Shown here: positions 10,471-19,641 of the stretch, piece after piece | How the letters are laid out: each line of letters opens with the position of its first letter | Position numbering within the stretch: the stretch's first letter is position 1 | Origin: an uncultured Rhodospirillaceae bacterium | GTDB taxonomy: Bacteria > Pseudomonadota > Alphaproteobacteria > TMED109 | Assembly (NCBI GenBank): GCA_964442655.1 | Contig: CAYTZM010000005.1 | Span: 42,374 to 74,373, forward strand | Reading direction: 5' to 3' | Length of the DNA: 32,000 bases | Made by a program: the position numbers and the translations under genes | Notes under the pieces: generated by a model | What the model was told of the DNA's origin: nothing | Seen by the model: only the letters and a program-made list of their open reading frames with translations | Database searches by the model: none

Positions 10471-10493
10471 AATATTCTCCATATTTCTATAAG

Positions 10494-10682
10494 TTATTCA
10501 TTTTCAACTATTTTTAATAAGTGTCTAACTTTAGAAACCATTCCTCTAATAGCAGGAGTATCCTCAAGTACTCTTTTTCTATTCAATTTATTTAAACCTA
10601 AGCCAATTAATGTTTGCTTTTGATAAGATTTTCTGCCAATAGGACTTTGAATTTGTATAACCGTAATTTTATCCTTCACCAT
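10494..10682 (-). CDS. rpmD: 50S ribosomal protein L30
   Basis: This 62-aa protein contains [21 protein letters not shown]. It overlaps the rpsE 3' end by 14 nt (ATGGTGAAGGATAA). Confidence 0.92.
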   Translation of the reverse strand: MVKDKITVIQIQSPIGRKSYQKQTLIGLGLNKLNRKRVLEDTPAIRGMVSKVRHLLKIVENE

Positions 10683-11235
10683 TAACCTTCTCCATAACCT
10701 TTTCTTCTTTAATTTTTACGACTTTCTTTCCAACTACAGAACTTACTTTAATCCCTCTTCTATTAGCAACACCTCTTGGAGACTGAAGACTTGATAAAGC
10801 ATCAAAAGTAGCTCTAATCATATTATAAGGATTAGCACTCCCTTGTGATTTAGTTACAACATCTTGAACACCTAACGTTTCAAAAACAGCTCTCATTGGT
10901 CCTCCTGCAATTATACCTGTTCCAGCAGGAGCACTTCTAACCAAAACTTTTGCAGCTCCATGTCGTCCTATAGCATCATGATGAACAGTTCTTCCTTCTC
11001 TTAAAGGAACTCTAATCATTTCTTTTTTTGCTTTATCAGTTGCTTTCTTAATAGCTTCTGGTACTTCTTTAGCTTTTCCTGAACCAAACCCCACTTGTCC
11101 TTTAGCATCACCTGCTACAACTAAAGCTGCAAAACGACGACCACCTTTTACAACTTTTGAAACTCTATTTATTCCAACAAGTTTATCTAAAAGACCATCA
11201 CTTTCTTTATCATGATTTTTTTTGCCACGTGCCAT
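10669..11235 (-). CDS. rpsE: 30S ribosomal protein S5
   Basis: The motifs [14 protein letters not shown] and [13 protein letters not shown], plus synteny, identify it. Confidence 0.95.
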   Translation of the reverse strand: MARGKKNHDKESDGLLDKLVGINRVSKVVKGGRRFAALVVAGDAKGQVGFGSGKAKEVPEAIKKATDKAKKEMIRVPLREGRTVHHDAIGRHGAAKVLVRSAPAGTGIIAGGPMRAVFETLGVQDVVTKSQGSANPYNMIRATFDALSSLQSPRGVANRRGIKVSSVVGKKVVKIKEEKVMEKVNGEG

Positions 11236-11254
11236 AAATAACTCCTAATTAATA

Positions 11255-11620
11255 CTAAAATTCTAAACCATTTTCTCTAGCAGATTCAGCCAAAGCCTTC
11301 ACCCTACCATGATATATATAAGATCCTCTATCAAAAACCACTTCTTTAACTCCAGCATCTTTTGCTAATGTAGCAATAGAAGTACCTATTACTTTAGCTG
11401 CTTTAACATTTCCTCCAAATATTTTTTTAGATTGAAAATCTTTATCCATTGTAGATGCCGAAAGAACAGTATTACCTTTTACATCATCAATAACCTGAAC
11501 ATAAATATTTTGATTAGATCTATATACGCTTAATCTTAATCTAGTAGAACTAGATTTTCTTAAATTAAACCTGTTTCTTTTTTTTCTTTTATCATCTCTT
11601 CTCTTAAATTTAATTGACAT
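11255..11620 (-). CDS. rplR: 50S ribosomal protein L18
   Basis: The motifs [18 protein letters not shown] and the C-terminal ARENGLEF identify it. Confidence 0.95.
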   Translation of the reverse strand: MSIKFKRRDDKRKKRNRFNLRKSSSTRLRLSVYRSNQNIYVQVIDDVKGNTVLSASTMDKDFQSKKIFGGNVKAAKVIGTSIATLAKDAGVKEVVFDRGSYIYHGRVKALAESARENGLEF

Positions 11621-11627
11621 AATACAC

Positions 11628-12161
11628 CTATTTTTTCTTACCTTCTTTTTGCCTTACAAATTCGCCTACATATCTAACACCTTTTCCTTTATAAGGTTCA
11701 GGTTTTCTTAAAGATCTGATTTCAGAAGCAAACTGACCTACTTTTTGCTTATCCGCACCAGATATAACTATTTCTGTAGGCTTTGTACATTTAACATTTA
11801 AATCTTTAGGAATACCAACCTTAATATCATGACTATAGCCCAATTGTAGCTGAAGTATATCAGACTCAATTGCAGCCCTATAACCAACCCCATTAACCTC
11901 TAAAGTTTTAGTAAAACCAGTCTCTACTCCTATAACCATATTATTTATTAGACTTCTTATAAGACCCCATTGCTCTATATTATTCTTATCCTCCGAAATA
12001 GGCTCAAATGTTACTTTATTATCTAAATGATTTATTTTTACACCATCTGTTATTATAGTAGACAACTCTCCTAATTTTCCTTTTATATGGACTACATTGT
12101 TATCTATACTAAAATTAACTCCTTCAGGAATTACAACTGGATTTTTACCTATTCTAGACAT
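11628..12161 (-). CDS. rplF: 50S ribosomal protein L6
   Basis: The N-terminus [15 protein letters not shown], the 177-aa length and synteny identify it. Confidence 0.95.
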   Translation of the reverse strand: MSRIGKNPVVIPEGVNFSIDNNVVHIKGKLGELSTIITDGVKINHLDNKVTFEPISEDKNNIEQWGLIRSLINNMVIGVETGFTKTLEVNGVGYRAAIESDILQLQLGYSHDIKVGIPKDLNVKCTKPTEIVISGADKQKVGQFASEIRSLRKPEPYKGKGVRYVGEFVRQKEGKKK

Positions 12162-12169
12162 CTTTACTC

Positions 12170-12568
12170 CTAAAACACACTACACAAAATTTCACCGCCA
12201 ATATTAGCATTTCTAGCTTCATGATCAGACATCAACCCTTTTGATGTAGAAACAATTGATATACCTAAACCTCCATAATTTAAAGGCATATCTTTTTTTG
12301 AAGAATAAAACCTTAAACCCGGTTTAGAAGACCTTTTAATCTCTTTTATAGCTGGTTTTCCATCAAAATATTTTAACTCAATTGATATTATATCTTTATC
12401 ACCTTCATCCTTCTTAAAGCTAAAACCTCTTATATATCCCTCTTTTTTCAATACTTCTAAAACTGCTACCTTTAATTTAGATTTAGGACAATCCACCAAT
12501 GACCTCTTTGCGGTATGTCCATTTCTTATTCTTGTAAGCATATCTCCTAAAGGGTCTGTCATACTCAT
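12170..12568 (-). CDS. rpsH: 30S ribosomal protein S8
   Basis: The N-terminus [17 protein letters not shown] and the motif GGEILCSVF identify it. Confidence 0.95.
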   Translation of the reverse strand: MSMTDPLGDMLTRIRNGHTAKRSLVDCPKSKLKVAVLEVLKKEGYIRGFSFKKDEGDKDIISIELKYFDGKPAIKEIKRSSKPGLRFYSSKKDMPLNYGGLGISIVSTSKGLMSDHEARNANIGGEILCSVF

Positions 12569-12578
12569 AATACTTCTC

Positions 12579-12884
12579 CTACCAACTAGCTTTTGTAATT
12601 CCTGGAAGCTGTCCTGAACTAGCTAAATCTCTAAAAGCTATTCTACTCATTCCAAATTTACGATAATTTCCTCTGGGTCTTCCAGTAACCATACAGCGAT
12701 TCCTAACTCTAACCTTTGAACCATCTCTAGGCAATGCTGACAACTTAAGTACTGCTTTAAACCTGTCTTCCTGAGATATATTTTTGTCCATAATAATTTT
12801 CTTTAAAGCTTTTCGTTTTACTTCATGACTATTAGACTTTTTTATTTTTTTTATATTCTTATCTATCGCACTTTTTTTTGCCAT
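12579..12884 (-). CDS. rpsN: 30S ribosomal protein S14 (long, non-zinc form)
   Basis: The C-terminal sequence [41 protein letters not shown] identifies it. Confidence 0.95.
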   Translation of the reverse strand: MAKKSAIDKNIKKIKKSNSHEVKRKALKKIIMDKNISQEDRFKAVLKLSALPRDGSKVRVRNRCMVTGRPRGNYRKFGMSRIAFRDLASSGQLPGITKASW

Positions 12885-12886
12885 TT

Positions 12887-13618
12887 TTACTCCTTATTTT
12901 CCTCAGGTTTTATTTCTTTAGTTGCGACTTCCTCTATATTTACCGTTGTATCTTCTTTTGATACTTGCTCTACCACAACTTCTTCAGTCTTTACTTTTAT
13001 GTCTTCTGTAGATGTTTCCTTTTCTAACGTTTCTTCCATCTTTGGTTTTATTACATTAGGTTTTTCCTCTTTTACTACAACTCTAAATGGAAAATTAAAT
13101 TTTTTTAATAAAGCTAATGCTTCTTCATTATTTTTTGCTGTTGTACATATTACAATATCTAAACCTCTAATAGTATCTACATCATCATAATTTATTTCAG
13201 GAAAAACAATTTGCTCTTTAATTCCTAAAGAATAATTCCCTCTTCCATCAAAACTCTTTGAACTCAACCCTCTAAAATCTCTAACTCTAGGAAGAGAAAT
13301 ATTTATTAAACGATCTAAAAATTCATACATTCTTTCTTTTCTTAATGTAACCTTGCATCCTATATTCATTCCTTCTCTTAATTTAAAAGTTGCTACAGAT
13401 TTTTTTGCCTTGGTAATAATCACTTTTTGTCCTGAAATCAAAGTTAAATCATTTATTGCACCCTCTATTTTCTTTTTATCACTAGTAGCTTCACCAACTC
13501 CCATATTCAATACAATTTTTTCTATTTTAGGTACTTCATTAATATTCTCACAAGACAACTCTGAATATAACTGTTTTTTAAAATCGGTATCATATAATTC
13601 TTTTAATCTTGTACTCAT
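12887..13618 (-). CDS. rplE: 50S ribosomal protein L5 with a ~63-aa K/E/T-rich C-terminal extension
   Basis: The conserved L5 core (LNMGVGEA..., ...KFNFPFRV) ends near residue 180. The ORF continues to 243 aa with [63 protein letters not shown]. Confidence 0.93.
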   Translation of the reverse strand: MSTRLKELYDTDFKKQLYSELSCENINEVPKIEKIVLNMGVGEATSDKKKIEGAINDLTLISGQKVIITKAKKSVATFKLREGMNIGCKVTLRKERMYEFLDRLINISLPRVRDFRGLSSKSFDGRGNYSLGIKEQIVFPEINYDDVDTIRGLDIVICTTAKNNEEALALLKKFNFPFRVVVKEEKPNVIKPKMEETLEKETSTEDIKVKTEEVVVEQVSKEDTTVNIEEVATKEIKPEENKE

Positions 13619-13631
13619 TCTTAAACTCCCA

Positions 13632-13949
13632 TTAATCTATAAGATCGCCTGTTCTTTTAGAAAACCTTACTTTTCTTCCATCCTTAAGAAATTTATATCC
13701 TACTTTTGCAATCTTATTATCTTTAGGATCAATATGAGAAACATTAGAAATATGCACTGATAATTCTTTATCTAAAATTCCGCCCTGGGAAGTTTGGCTC
13801 TGAGCAGTATGTCTCTTAGCTACATTTATCCCTCTAAGTAAAACTCTATTAACTTTAGGCATAACGCTCAATACTTCTCCAGACTTACCTTTATCCGTCC
13901 CAGTAACAACCATAACTTTATCACCTTTTTTAACTTTCAATTTTGCCAT
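13632..13949 (-). CDS. rplX: 50S ribosomal protein L24
   Basis: The KOW motif [19 protein letters not shown], the 105-aa length and synteny identify it. Confidence 0.95.
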   Translation of the reverse strand: MAKLKVKKGDKVMVVTGTDKGKSGEVLSVMPKVNRVLLRGINVAKRHTAQSQTSQGGILDKELSVHISNVSHIDPKDNKIAKVGYKFLKDGRKVRFSKRTGDLID

Positions 13950-13951
13950 AA

Positions 13952-14320
13952 TTATAATACCTCCGGTGCTAAAGAAATTATTTTCATAAAATTTTTAGCT
14001 CTTAATTCTCTAGTTACAGGTCCAAATATTCTAGTACCAATTGGTTCAAGATCTTTACTAATTAACACAGCTGCATTATCATCAAACCTAATAGCACTTC
14101 CATCTCTTCTTCTAATTTCTTTACTAGTTCTAACAACTACCGCCTTATGTACTTCTCCTTTTTTTACTCTGGCTCTAGGTGCAGCTTCTTTCACAGAAAC
14201 TACTATTACATCTCCAACAGCTGCATATCTACGTTTAGAACCTCCAAGTACTTTGATACACTGAACTCGTTTAGCACCTGAATTATCAGCTATACTTAAA
14301 TTAGTTTCACTTTGTATCAT
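13952..14320 (-). CDS. rplN: 50S ribosomal protein L14
   Basis: The N-terminus [17 protein letters not shown] and the 122-aa length identify it. Confidence 0.95.
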   Translation of the reverse strand: MIQSETNLSIADNSGAKRVQCIKVLGGSKRRYAAVGDVIVVSVKEAAPRARVKKGEVHKAVVVRTSKEIRRRDGSAIRFDDNAAVLISKDLEPIGTRIFGPVTRELRAKNFMKIISLAPEVL

Positions 14321-14345
14321 TTTATTTCCTACTTTAAACTCAATT

Positions 14346-14585
14346 TTACTTCGATGTATCTTTAATTACTTCCCAAGATTTTTTCTTAGAAATAGGCTTT
14401 GTTTCTATTATACTTACTTTATCTCCTTCTTTATGTTCATTCATTTCATCATGAGCATGAAATTTATCAGATAAAGTAATAGTTTTTTTATATAATGGAT
14501 GTCTTACTCTTCGCTCAACATTTACAACTACGGTTTTATCACTTTTATCGCTAACAACTGTTCCTTTTAAAATTCTTTTAGGCAT
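14346..14585 (-). CDS. rpsQ: 30S ribosomal protein S17
   Basis: The motif [17 protein letters not shown] identifies it. Its start overlaps the rpmC stop by 8 nt (ATGCCTAA). Confidence 0.93.
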   Translation of the reverse strand: MPKRILKGTVVSDKSDKTVVVNVERRVRHPLYKKTITLSDKFHAHDEMNEHKEGDKVSIIETKPISKKKSWEVIKDTSK

Positions 14586-14781
14586 TTTTTACATCCTTTT
14601 TTTGTTGTCCCATAGCTGTCATAACTTTAGCAATATCTTTTCTTACTTTTTTAATTTGAGAAGAGTTTTCTAATTGTCCAGATGATTTCTGAAACCTTAA
14701 ATTAAACTGTTCTTTCTTTAAATTTAATAATTCAGTTTTTAATTCATCCTCTGTCTTCTGTTTTAAATCTATAAACTTCAT
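14578..14781 (-). CDS. rpmC: 50S ribosomal protein L29
   Basis: This 67-aa protein contains [18 protein letters not shown] and sits between rplP and rpsQ. Confidence 0.92.
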   Translation of the reverse strand: MKFIDLKQKTEDELKTELLNLKKEQFNLRFQKSSGQLENSSQIKKVRKDIAKVMTAMGQQKKDVKNA

Positions 14782-15198
14782 TTAAAATCCTACCTGTCTT
14801 GTTACAAACTTAGTTCTAATTGGAAGCTTCGCTGCACCTAAAGCCAATGCTTCTCTAGCCAAACTTTCATTAACCCCATCTAATTCAAATATTATTCTTC
14901 CTGGTTTTACTTTTGCAGCCCAAAATTCAACTGATCCTTTCCCTTTTCCCATTCTCACTTCTGTAGGTTTTTTAGTTATAGGAACATCTGGAAAAATTCT
15001 AATCCAAACTCTTCCTTGCCTTTTAATATGTCTAGTTATAGCTCTTCTAGCAGCCTCAATTTGTCTAGCAGTAATCCTTTCAGGTTGTAAAGCTTTCATT
15101 CCATATGCACCAAAACTTAAAAATGCTCCACCCTTAGCATCTCCATGAATTCTTCCTTTATGAGCTTTTCTATATTTTGTTCTTTTAGGGCTCAACAT
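14782..15198 (-). CDS. rplP: 50S ribosomal protein L16
   Basis: The N-terminus [16 protein letters not shown] identifies it. It shares a TAATG 1-nt overlap with the rpsC stop. Confidence 0.95.
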   Translation of the reverse strand: MLSPKRTKYRKAHKGRIHGDAKGGAFLSFGAYGMKALQPERITARQIEAARRAITRHIKRQGRVWIRIFPDVPITKKPTEVRMGKGKGSVEFWAAKVKPGRIIFELDGVNESLAREALALGAAKLPIRTKFVTRQVGF

Positions 15199-15881
15199 TA
15201 TCTTGGCGCTCCTTGTTGTGTATTTCTAGAATTTTCCATTGCCATAGGGTCATGATCCATAAGCTCACCTCTAAAAATCCATACCTTAATTCCACAATTC
15301 CCATAAGCCGTAGCTGCCGTAGCAACTCCATAATCAATATCAGCTCTTAAAGTATGTAAAGGTACTCTTCCCTCCCTATACCACTCAATTCTAGCTATCT
15401 CGGCTCCACCTAACCTTCCACCTGCGTTAATTCTTATTCCTAAAGCTCCTTGTCTCATTGCCCCTTGAACTGCACGTTTCATAGCTCTTCTAAAAGCTAC
15501 TCTTTTAACCAATTGTTCAGCCACATTTTCGGCAACCAATTGAGCTTCTATTTCAGGTTTTCTAATCTCTACTATATTTAATTGTACGTCTCCGCTAGTA
15601 ATAGAAGATAATTTCTTTTTTAATAAATCAATTTCTGCACCTTTTCTTCCTATTATTATTCCTGGTCTAGCTGTAAATACTGTTACTCTTGCAAGTTTTG
15701 CAGGTCTTTCTACAGTTATCCTACTTATAGCAGCTCCTTTTAATTTTTCTTTCAAATATTTTTTAATCTTCAAATCTTCATTCAGTAATTTTGAATAATT
15801 TTCACCCTTAGCATACCATCTGGAATCCCAAGTTCTATTTATGCCAACTCTTAATCCAATAGGATTTACCTTCTGACCCAT
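15198..15881 (-). CDS. rpsC: 30S ribosomal protein S3
   Basis: The N-terminus [13 protein letters not shown], a KH domain and the 227-aa length identify it. Confidence 0.95.
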   Translation of the reverse strand: MGQKVNPIGLRVGINRTWDSRWYAKGENYSKLLNEDLKIKKYLKEKLKGAAISRITVERPAKLARVTVFTARPGIIIGRKGAEIDLLKKKLSSITSGDVQLNIVEIRKPEIEAQLVAENVAEQLVKRVAFRRAMKRAVQGAMRQGALGIRINAGGRLGGAEIARIEWYREGRVPLHTLRADIDYGVATAATAYGNCGIKVWIFRGELMDHDPMAMENSRNTQQGAPR

Positions 15882-16291
15882 TAATCTTCCTCCTGTTTTG
15901 GTATTTCTTGTTTTGGAGCTTCTTCACTTTCAGAAACTATTACAGTTAAATTGCTTATAGGTTTTAATATTTTTCCACCTCTACCTCTAGCTCTAGGTCT
16001 AAATCTTTTCATAACTAATGCCTTACCAACATAAGCCTCTGATACTACTAATTTATCAATATCCAGATCATGATTATTTTCTGCATTTGCTATTGCAGAT
16101 TGTAAAACTTTTTTTACTTCATCTGCAATTCTCTTCCTAGAAAACTGAAGTTGAAGCAAAGCTTTGGAAGCATCCATTCCTCGAATACTTTTAGCAACTA
16201 AATTTAATTTTTGGGCACTAGAACGCACTGACCTATCTACTGCTTTTGCACAATTCTCAGCTAACCTTCTTTTTTTACTTTCTTTACCCAT
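15881..16291 (-). CDS. rplV: 50S ribosomal protein L22 (short acidic tail ...[17 protein letters not shown])
   Basis: I set the start at the internal ATG ([18 protein letters not shown]...), which matches the alphaproteobacterial L22 N-terminus. It lies 1 nt after the rpsS stop. The longer ORF-track start (16351) lies inside rpsS. Confidence 0.93.
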   Translation of the reverse strand: MGKESKKRRLAENCAKAVDRSVRSSAQKLNLVAKSIRGMDASKALLQLQFSRKRIADEVKKVLQSAIANAENNHDLDIDKLVVSEAYVGKALVMKRFRPRARGRGGKILKPISNLTVIVSESEEAPKQEIPKQEED

Positions 16292-16292
16292 T

Positions 16293-16571
16293 TTAACCTT
16301 TTTTAACCTTTTTATCTGCTGTATGCCCGTAATATGTTCTTGTAGGCGCATATTCCCCTAATTTTTGTCCTACCATTTCTTCTGTAACAAAAACAGGAAT
16401 AAACTTTTTTCCATTATGGACAGCAAAATTTAAACCTACAAATTGAGGTAAAATTGTAGACCGTCTTGACCATGTCTTAATTGCAGTCCTTGAACCAGTT
16501 TTTGTTGCTTCTTGAACTTTTTTTAATAAATATCCATCTACAAACGGACCTTTCCAAATTGACCTAGCCAC
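16293..16571 (-). CDS. rpsS: 30S ribosomal protein S19
   Basis: The sequence (M)[11 protein letters not shown] identifies it. The start is GTG at 16571-16569 with AAGGGAGAAG upstream. Confidence 0.95.
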   Translation of the reverse strand: MARSIWKGPFVDGYLLKKVQEATKTGSRTAIKTWSRRSTILPQFVGLNFAVHNGKKFIPVFVTEEMVGQKLGEYAPTRTYYGHTADKKVKKG

Positions 16572-16589
16572 TAACTCACTTCTCCCTTA

Positions 16590-17414
16590 TTATTTATATC
16601 TTCTTCGGACTATTAAATTATCAGTCCTTTTATTAGTTCTTGTTCTTTTTCCTTTTGTAGATACTCCCCAAGGAGTTACTGGATGTCTGCCTCCAGAAGT
16701 TCTTCCTTCACCTCCTCCATGAGGATGATCCACAGGATTCATTACTACACCTCTTACATTTGGTCTTCTGCCTATCCATCTAGACCTTCCTGCTTTTCCT
16801 AAGTTTATATTCTGATGATCTGGATTTGAGACAGAACCAACTGTTGCTCTACACTCTCCTCTAACCAATCTTTGTTCTCCAGATTGTAATTTTATGATCG
16901 CATAACCTCGATCTTTACCAACTAATTGAGCATAATTACCTGCGGCCCTTGCAACTTGCCCGCCTTTTCCAATTTTAAGTTCTATATTGTGAACAATCGT
17001 TCCCATAGGCATATTTTTTAAAAGCATTGCATTTCCTGGTTTAATATCCACTTTTTCTCCACTTACTACTTTATCTCCAACTTTTATCCTTTGAGGAGCG
17101 ATAATATATGCAATCTTACCATCTTTATATTTAATCAATGCTATATTACAAGTTCTATTAGGATCATACTCTAATCTCTCAACGTTTGCTTCTACATCAT
17201 CATAAGACCTCTTAAAATCAATTATTCTATATTTTTGCTTATGACCTCCTCCTCTTTGCCAAGCTGTAATTCTTCCTGTATTATTTCTACCTCCAGTTTT
17301 AGTTTTTCCTCGTGTTAAAGATTTTACTGGTGCACCAGAATACAAATCAGATCGATCTACAGTAACTAAACTTCTTCTAGATGGAGAAGTAGGTTTATAT
17401 TGTTTTAAAGCCAT
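16590..17414 (-). CDS. rplB: 50S ribosomal protein L2
   Basis: The motif [21 protein letters not shown] and the 274-aa length identify it. Confidence 0.96.
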   Translation of the reverse strand: MALKQYKPTSPSRRSLVTVDRSDLYSGAPVKSLTRGKTKTGGRNNTGRITAWQRGGGHKQKYRIIDFKRSYDDVEANVERLEYDPNRTCNIALIKYKDGKIAYIIAPQRIKVGDKVVSGEKVDIKPGNAMLLKNMPMGTIVHNIELKIGKGGQVARAAGNYAQLVGKDRGYAIIKLQSGEQRLVRGECRATVGSVSNPDHQNINLGKAGRSRWIGRRPNVRGVVMNPVDHPHGGGEGRTSGGRHPVTPWGVSTKGKRTRTNKRTDNLIVRRRYK

Positions 17415-17417
17415 ATT

Positions 17418-17717
17418 TTATACCCCACTAGCCAAATCTATCGTTTGCCCTTCTGCTAAAGTAACCATAGCTTTACGTATTGCTGGTCTTTGCCCCTTAA
17501 CACCTCTAAAAATTTTATTTTTACCTTTAATATTTACAGTATTTACACCAGTAACTTTTACTTTATAAAGACTCTCAATAGCTCTTTTTATCTGAGGTTT
17601 AGTAGCATTTGAACTAACTTTAAAAACTACTTGATTATTTTCAAGTATTCTAGTTGCTTTCTCTGTTATCACCGGAGAAACTATAATATCATAATCTTGT
17701 GGTCTTGGACCAGCCAT
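17418..17717 (-). CDS. rplW: 50S ribosomal protein L23
   Basis: This 99-aa protein contains SPVITEKAT and sits between rplD and rplB. Confidence 0.93.
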   Translation of the reverse strand: MAGPRPQDYDIIVSPVITEKATRILENNQVVFKVSSNATKPQIKRAIESLYKVKVTGVNTVNIKGKNKIFRGVKGQRPAIRKAMVTLAEGQTIDLASGV

Positions 17718-18391
17718 TATTTAGTCCCCTTTAACAATTTATCTGTTTTTATTTTTTTATTAGCTTTTATACTTAATCTATTACATAACGAGTCAACACA
17801 ATCCTTAGTCAATACAAGAGTTTCTCTTCTTAAAATATCATATACATTAGCACCTTGAACAGGTAATATGTCATGCATAGGAATATTGTTAATTGCCTTA
17901 GAAAAATTTTCATCCAATTTTTCTCCAGAAACAAATAATACAGACTTACCAAGAGGTAACTTTCCTAAACTATTTTGTAATATTTTAGTTTTTTCTGATT
18001 TTACAGATATATTATTTAAAATAAGTAATTTTCCATTTTTAGCTTTAGCAGATAGAGCACATCTCATGGCTAAATTTCTTACTTTTTTAGGTAATTTGTG
18101 TTCATGACTCCTTACTCTGGGGCCATGGGCTACTCCACCTCCTCTAAATTGAGAAACTTTTCTATCTCCATGCCTTGCCCCACCAGAACCTTTTTGTTTA
18201 ACTATCTTAGCTCTAGAACCTGTTATTTCAGACCTCTCTAAGGTTTTTCTATTTCCTGTTCTTCTTTTAGCTAATTGCCATGTCACCATTCTCTGAAGAA
18301 TGTCTGATCTCACTTCTGCACCAAATACATATTTATCCAGTTCTATAGCCGATGACTTTTTATTATCTAATGTTAAAACATCTATTTTCAT
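17717..18391 (-). CDS. rplD: 50S ribosomal protein L4
   Basis: The motif KQKGSGGARHGDRKVSQFRGGGVAHGP identifies it. I set the start at MKIDVLTL... (ATG 18391-18389), 1 nt after the rplC stop and with AAAGAG upstream. The longer ORF-track start overlaps the rplC tail. Confidence 0.92.
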   Translation of the reverse strand: MKIDVLTLDNKKSSAIELDKYVFGAEVRSDILQRMVTWQLAKRRTGNRKTLERSEITGSRAKIVKQKGSGGARHGDRKVSQFRGGGVAHGPRVRSHEHKLPKKVRNLAMRCALSAKAKNGKLLILNNISVKSEKTKILQNSLGKLPLGKSVLFVSGEKLDENFSKAINNIPMHDILPVQGANVYDILRRETLVLTKDCVDSLCNRLSIKANKKIKTDKLLKGTK

Positions 18392-18392
18392 T

Positions 18393-19274
18393 TTAATTCT
18401 CTTTATCTTTAGATTCTTCAGCATTCATATCAGAATCGCCGTTAGTTTCTTCTTTAGATGTTTCTGCTTTTGTAGTTTCTTCTTTAGATGTTTCTTGTTT
18501 TGGGGTTTCTTCTTTAGATGTTTCTTGTTTTGGAGCTTCTTCTTTAGATGTTTCTTGTTTTGGCGCTTCTTCTTTAGGTGTTTCTTGTTTTACAGTTTCT
18601 CCTTTATAACCAGCTGGATAAGGAGCTTCAGAAGATAATGCCTTTTTAACTGAATCCTTTATTGACAACCATGAACCTTTTGAGCCAGGTAAACCTCCTT
18701 TTACAAAAATAAGTCCTCTATCTGGATCTGCAGCAACCACTTGTAAATTTTGAATAGTTCTTTTTTTATTTCCCATGTGTCCCGCCATTTTTTTTCCCTT
18801 AAAAACTTTTCCAGGGTCTTGACTATTACCTGTTGACCCATGGCTTCTATGAGAAATAGATACACCGTGTGAAGCCCTTAAACCTGAAAAATTATGACGT
18901 TTCATAGCTCCTGCAAAACCTTTACCAATAGTTACACCAGTAGCATCTATATATTGTCCTACAACAAAGTGATTGGCACCAATTTCTTTACCTACCTCTA
19001 TCATATTAGATTCAGCTACCTTAAACTCTTTTATTTTTTGCTTAGGTGTAATTTTAAGCTTAGAATATGACTCTTTTTGTGCTTTAGATACATTTTTAAT
19101 TTTTTCTTTATTACTAGTTCCTATAGTTACTGAAAAATAACCATTTTTTTCAACAGTTTGATTAGCTACAACCTGACAATCTTGTAGACTTAAAACTGTA
19201 ACAGGAACATGCGTACCATCAACAAGATACAATCTTGTCATTCCTATTTTTTTAGCAATTATTCCTGTTCTCAT
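18393..19274 (-). CDS. rplC: 50S ribosomal protein L3 with a ~65-aa repeat-containing C-terminal extension
   Basis: The L3 core runs from [16 protein letters not shown] to ...[24 protein letters not shown]. It is followed by five decapeptide units ETSKEE(A/T)PKQ and then an acidic end. The protein is 293 aa, against about 210-240 aa typical for bacterial L3. Confidence 0.93.
   Translation of the reverse strand: MRTGIIAKKIGMTRLYLVDGTHVPVTVLSLQDCQVVANQTVEKNGYFSVTIGTSNKEKIKNVSKAQKESYSKLKITPKQKIKEFKVAESNMIEVGKEIGANHFVVGQYIDATGVTIGKGFAGAMKRHNFSGLRASHGVSISHRSHGSTGNSQDPGKVFKGKKMAGHMGNKKRTIQNLQVVAADPDRGLIFVKGGLPGSKGSWLSIKDSVKKALSSEAPYPAGYKGETVKQETPKEEAPKQETSKEEAPKQETSKEETPKQETSKEETTKAETSKEETNGDSDMNAEESKDKEN
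18445..18606. repeat. 30-bp tandem repeat, about 5.3 copies, inside the rplC 3' end
   Basis: Plus-strand units are 18445-18474, 18475-18504, 18505-18534, 18535-18564 and 18565-18594, plus a partial sixth. The consensus is g(t/c)ttcttctttagatgtttcttgttttggN, with 1-4 mismatches between neighbouring units. The array is in frame on the minus strand. Confidence 0.9.
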
Positions 19275-19301
19275 TTTTCTATCCTATAAATAAATACCTA
19301 C

Positions 19302-19616
19302 TTAAAGCTTTATTTCAACATCTACTCCTGCCGCCAAATCTAACTTCATTAAAGCATCAACTGTCTGAGGTGTTGGATCTACAATATCTAGCAAGCGTTT
19401 ATGTGTTCTTATTTCAAATTGTTCTCTTGATTTTTTATCTACATGTGGAGAGCGATTTACAGTATACCTTTCAAATTTTGTAGGTAAAGGAATTGGGCCA
19501 CGAACATTTGCACCTGTTCTTCTTGCAGTATTAACAATTTCTAATGTAGAAACATCCAATACTCTATGATCAAAAGCTTTAAGTCTTATTCTTATATTTT
19601 GATGTTCAAGCGCCAT
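19302..19616 (-). CDS. rpsJ: 30S ribosomal protein S10
   Basis: The motif [14 protein letters not shown] and the 104-aa length identify it. Confidence 0.96.
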   Translation of the reverse strand: MALEHQNIRIRLKAFDHRVLDVSTLEIVNTARRTGANVRGPIPLPTKFERYTVNRSPHVDKKSREQFEIRTHKRLLDIVDPTPQTVDALMKLDLAAGVDVEIKL

Positions 19617-19641
19617 TTAATATTATCCTTTAAAATAAATT

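Noticed and set aside
18445-18606. The 30-bp tandem array interpreted as a CRISPR-like or noncoding minisatellite locus.
   Set aside because: The units are contiguous with no spacers. They are in frame and form the 3' end of the rplC ORF. The plus-strand ORF 18300-18638 (FFFRCFLFW repeats) is simply its antisense reading.
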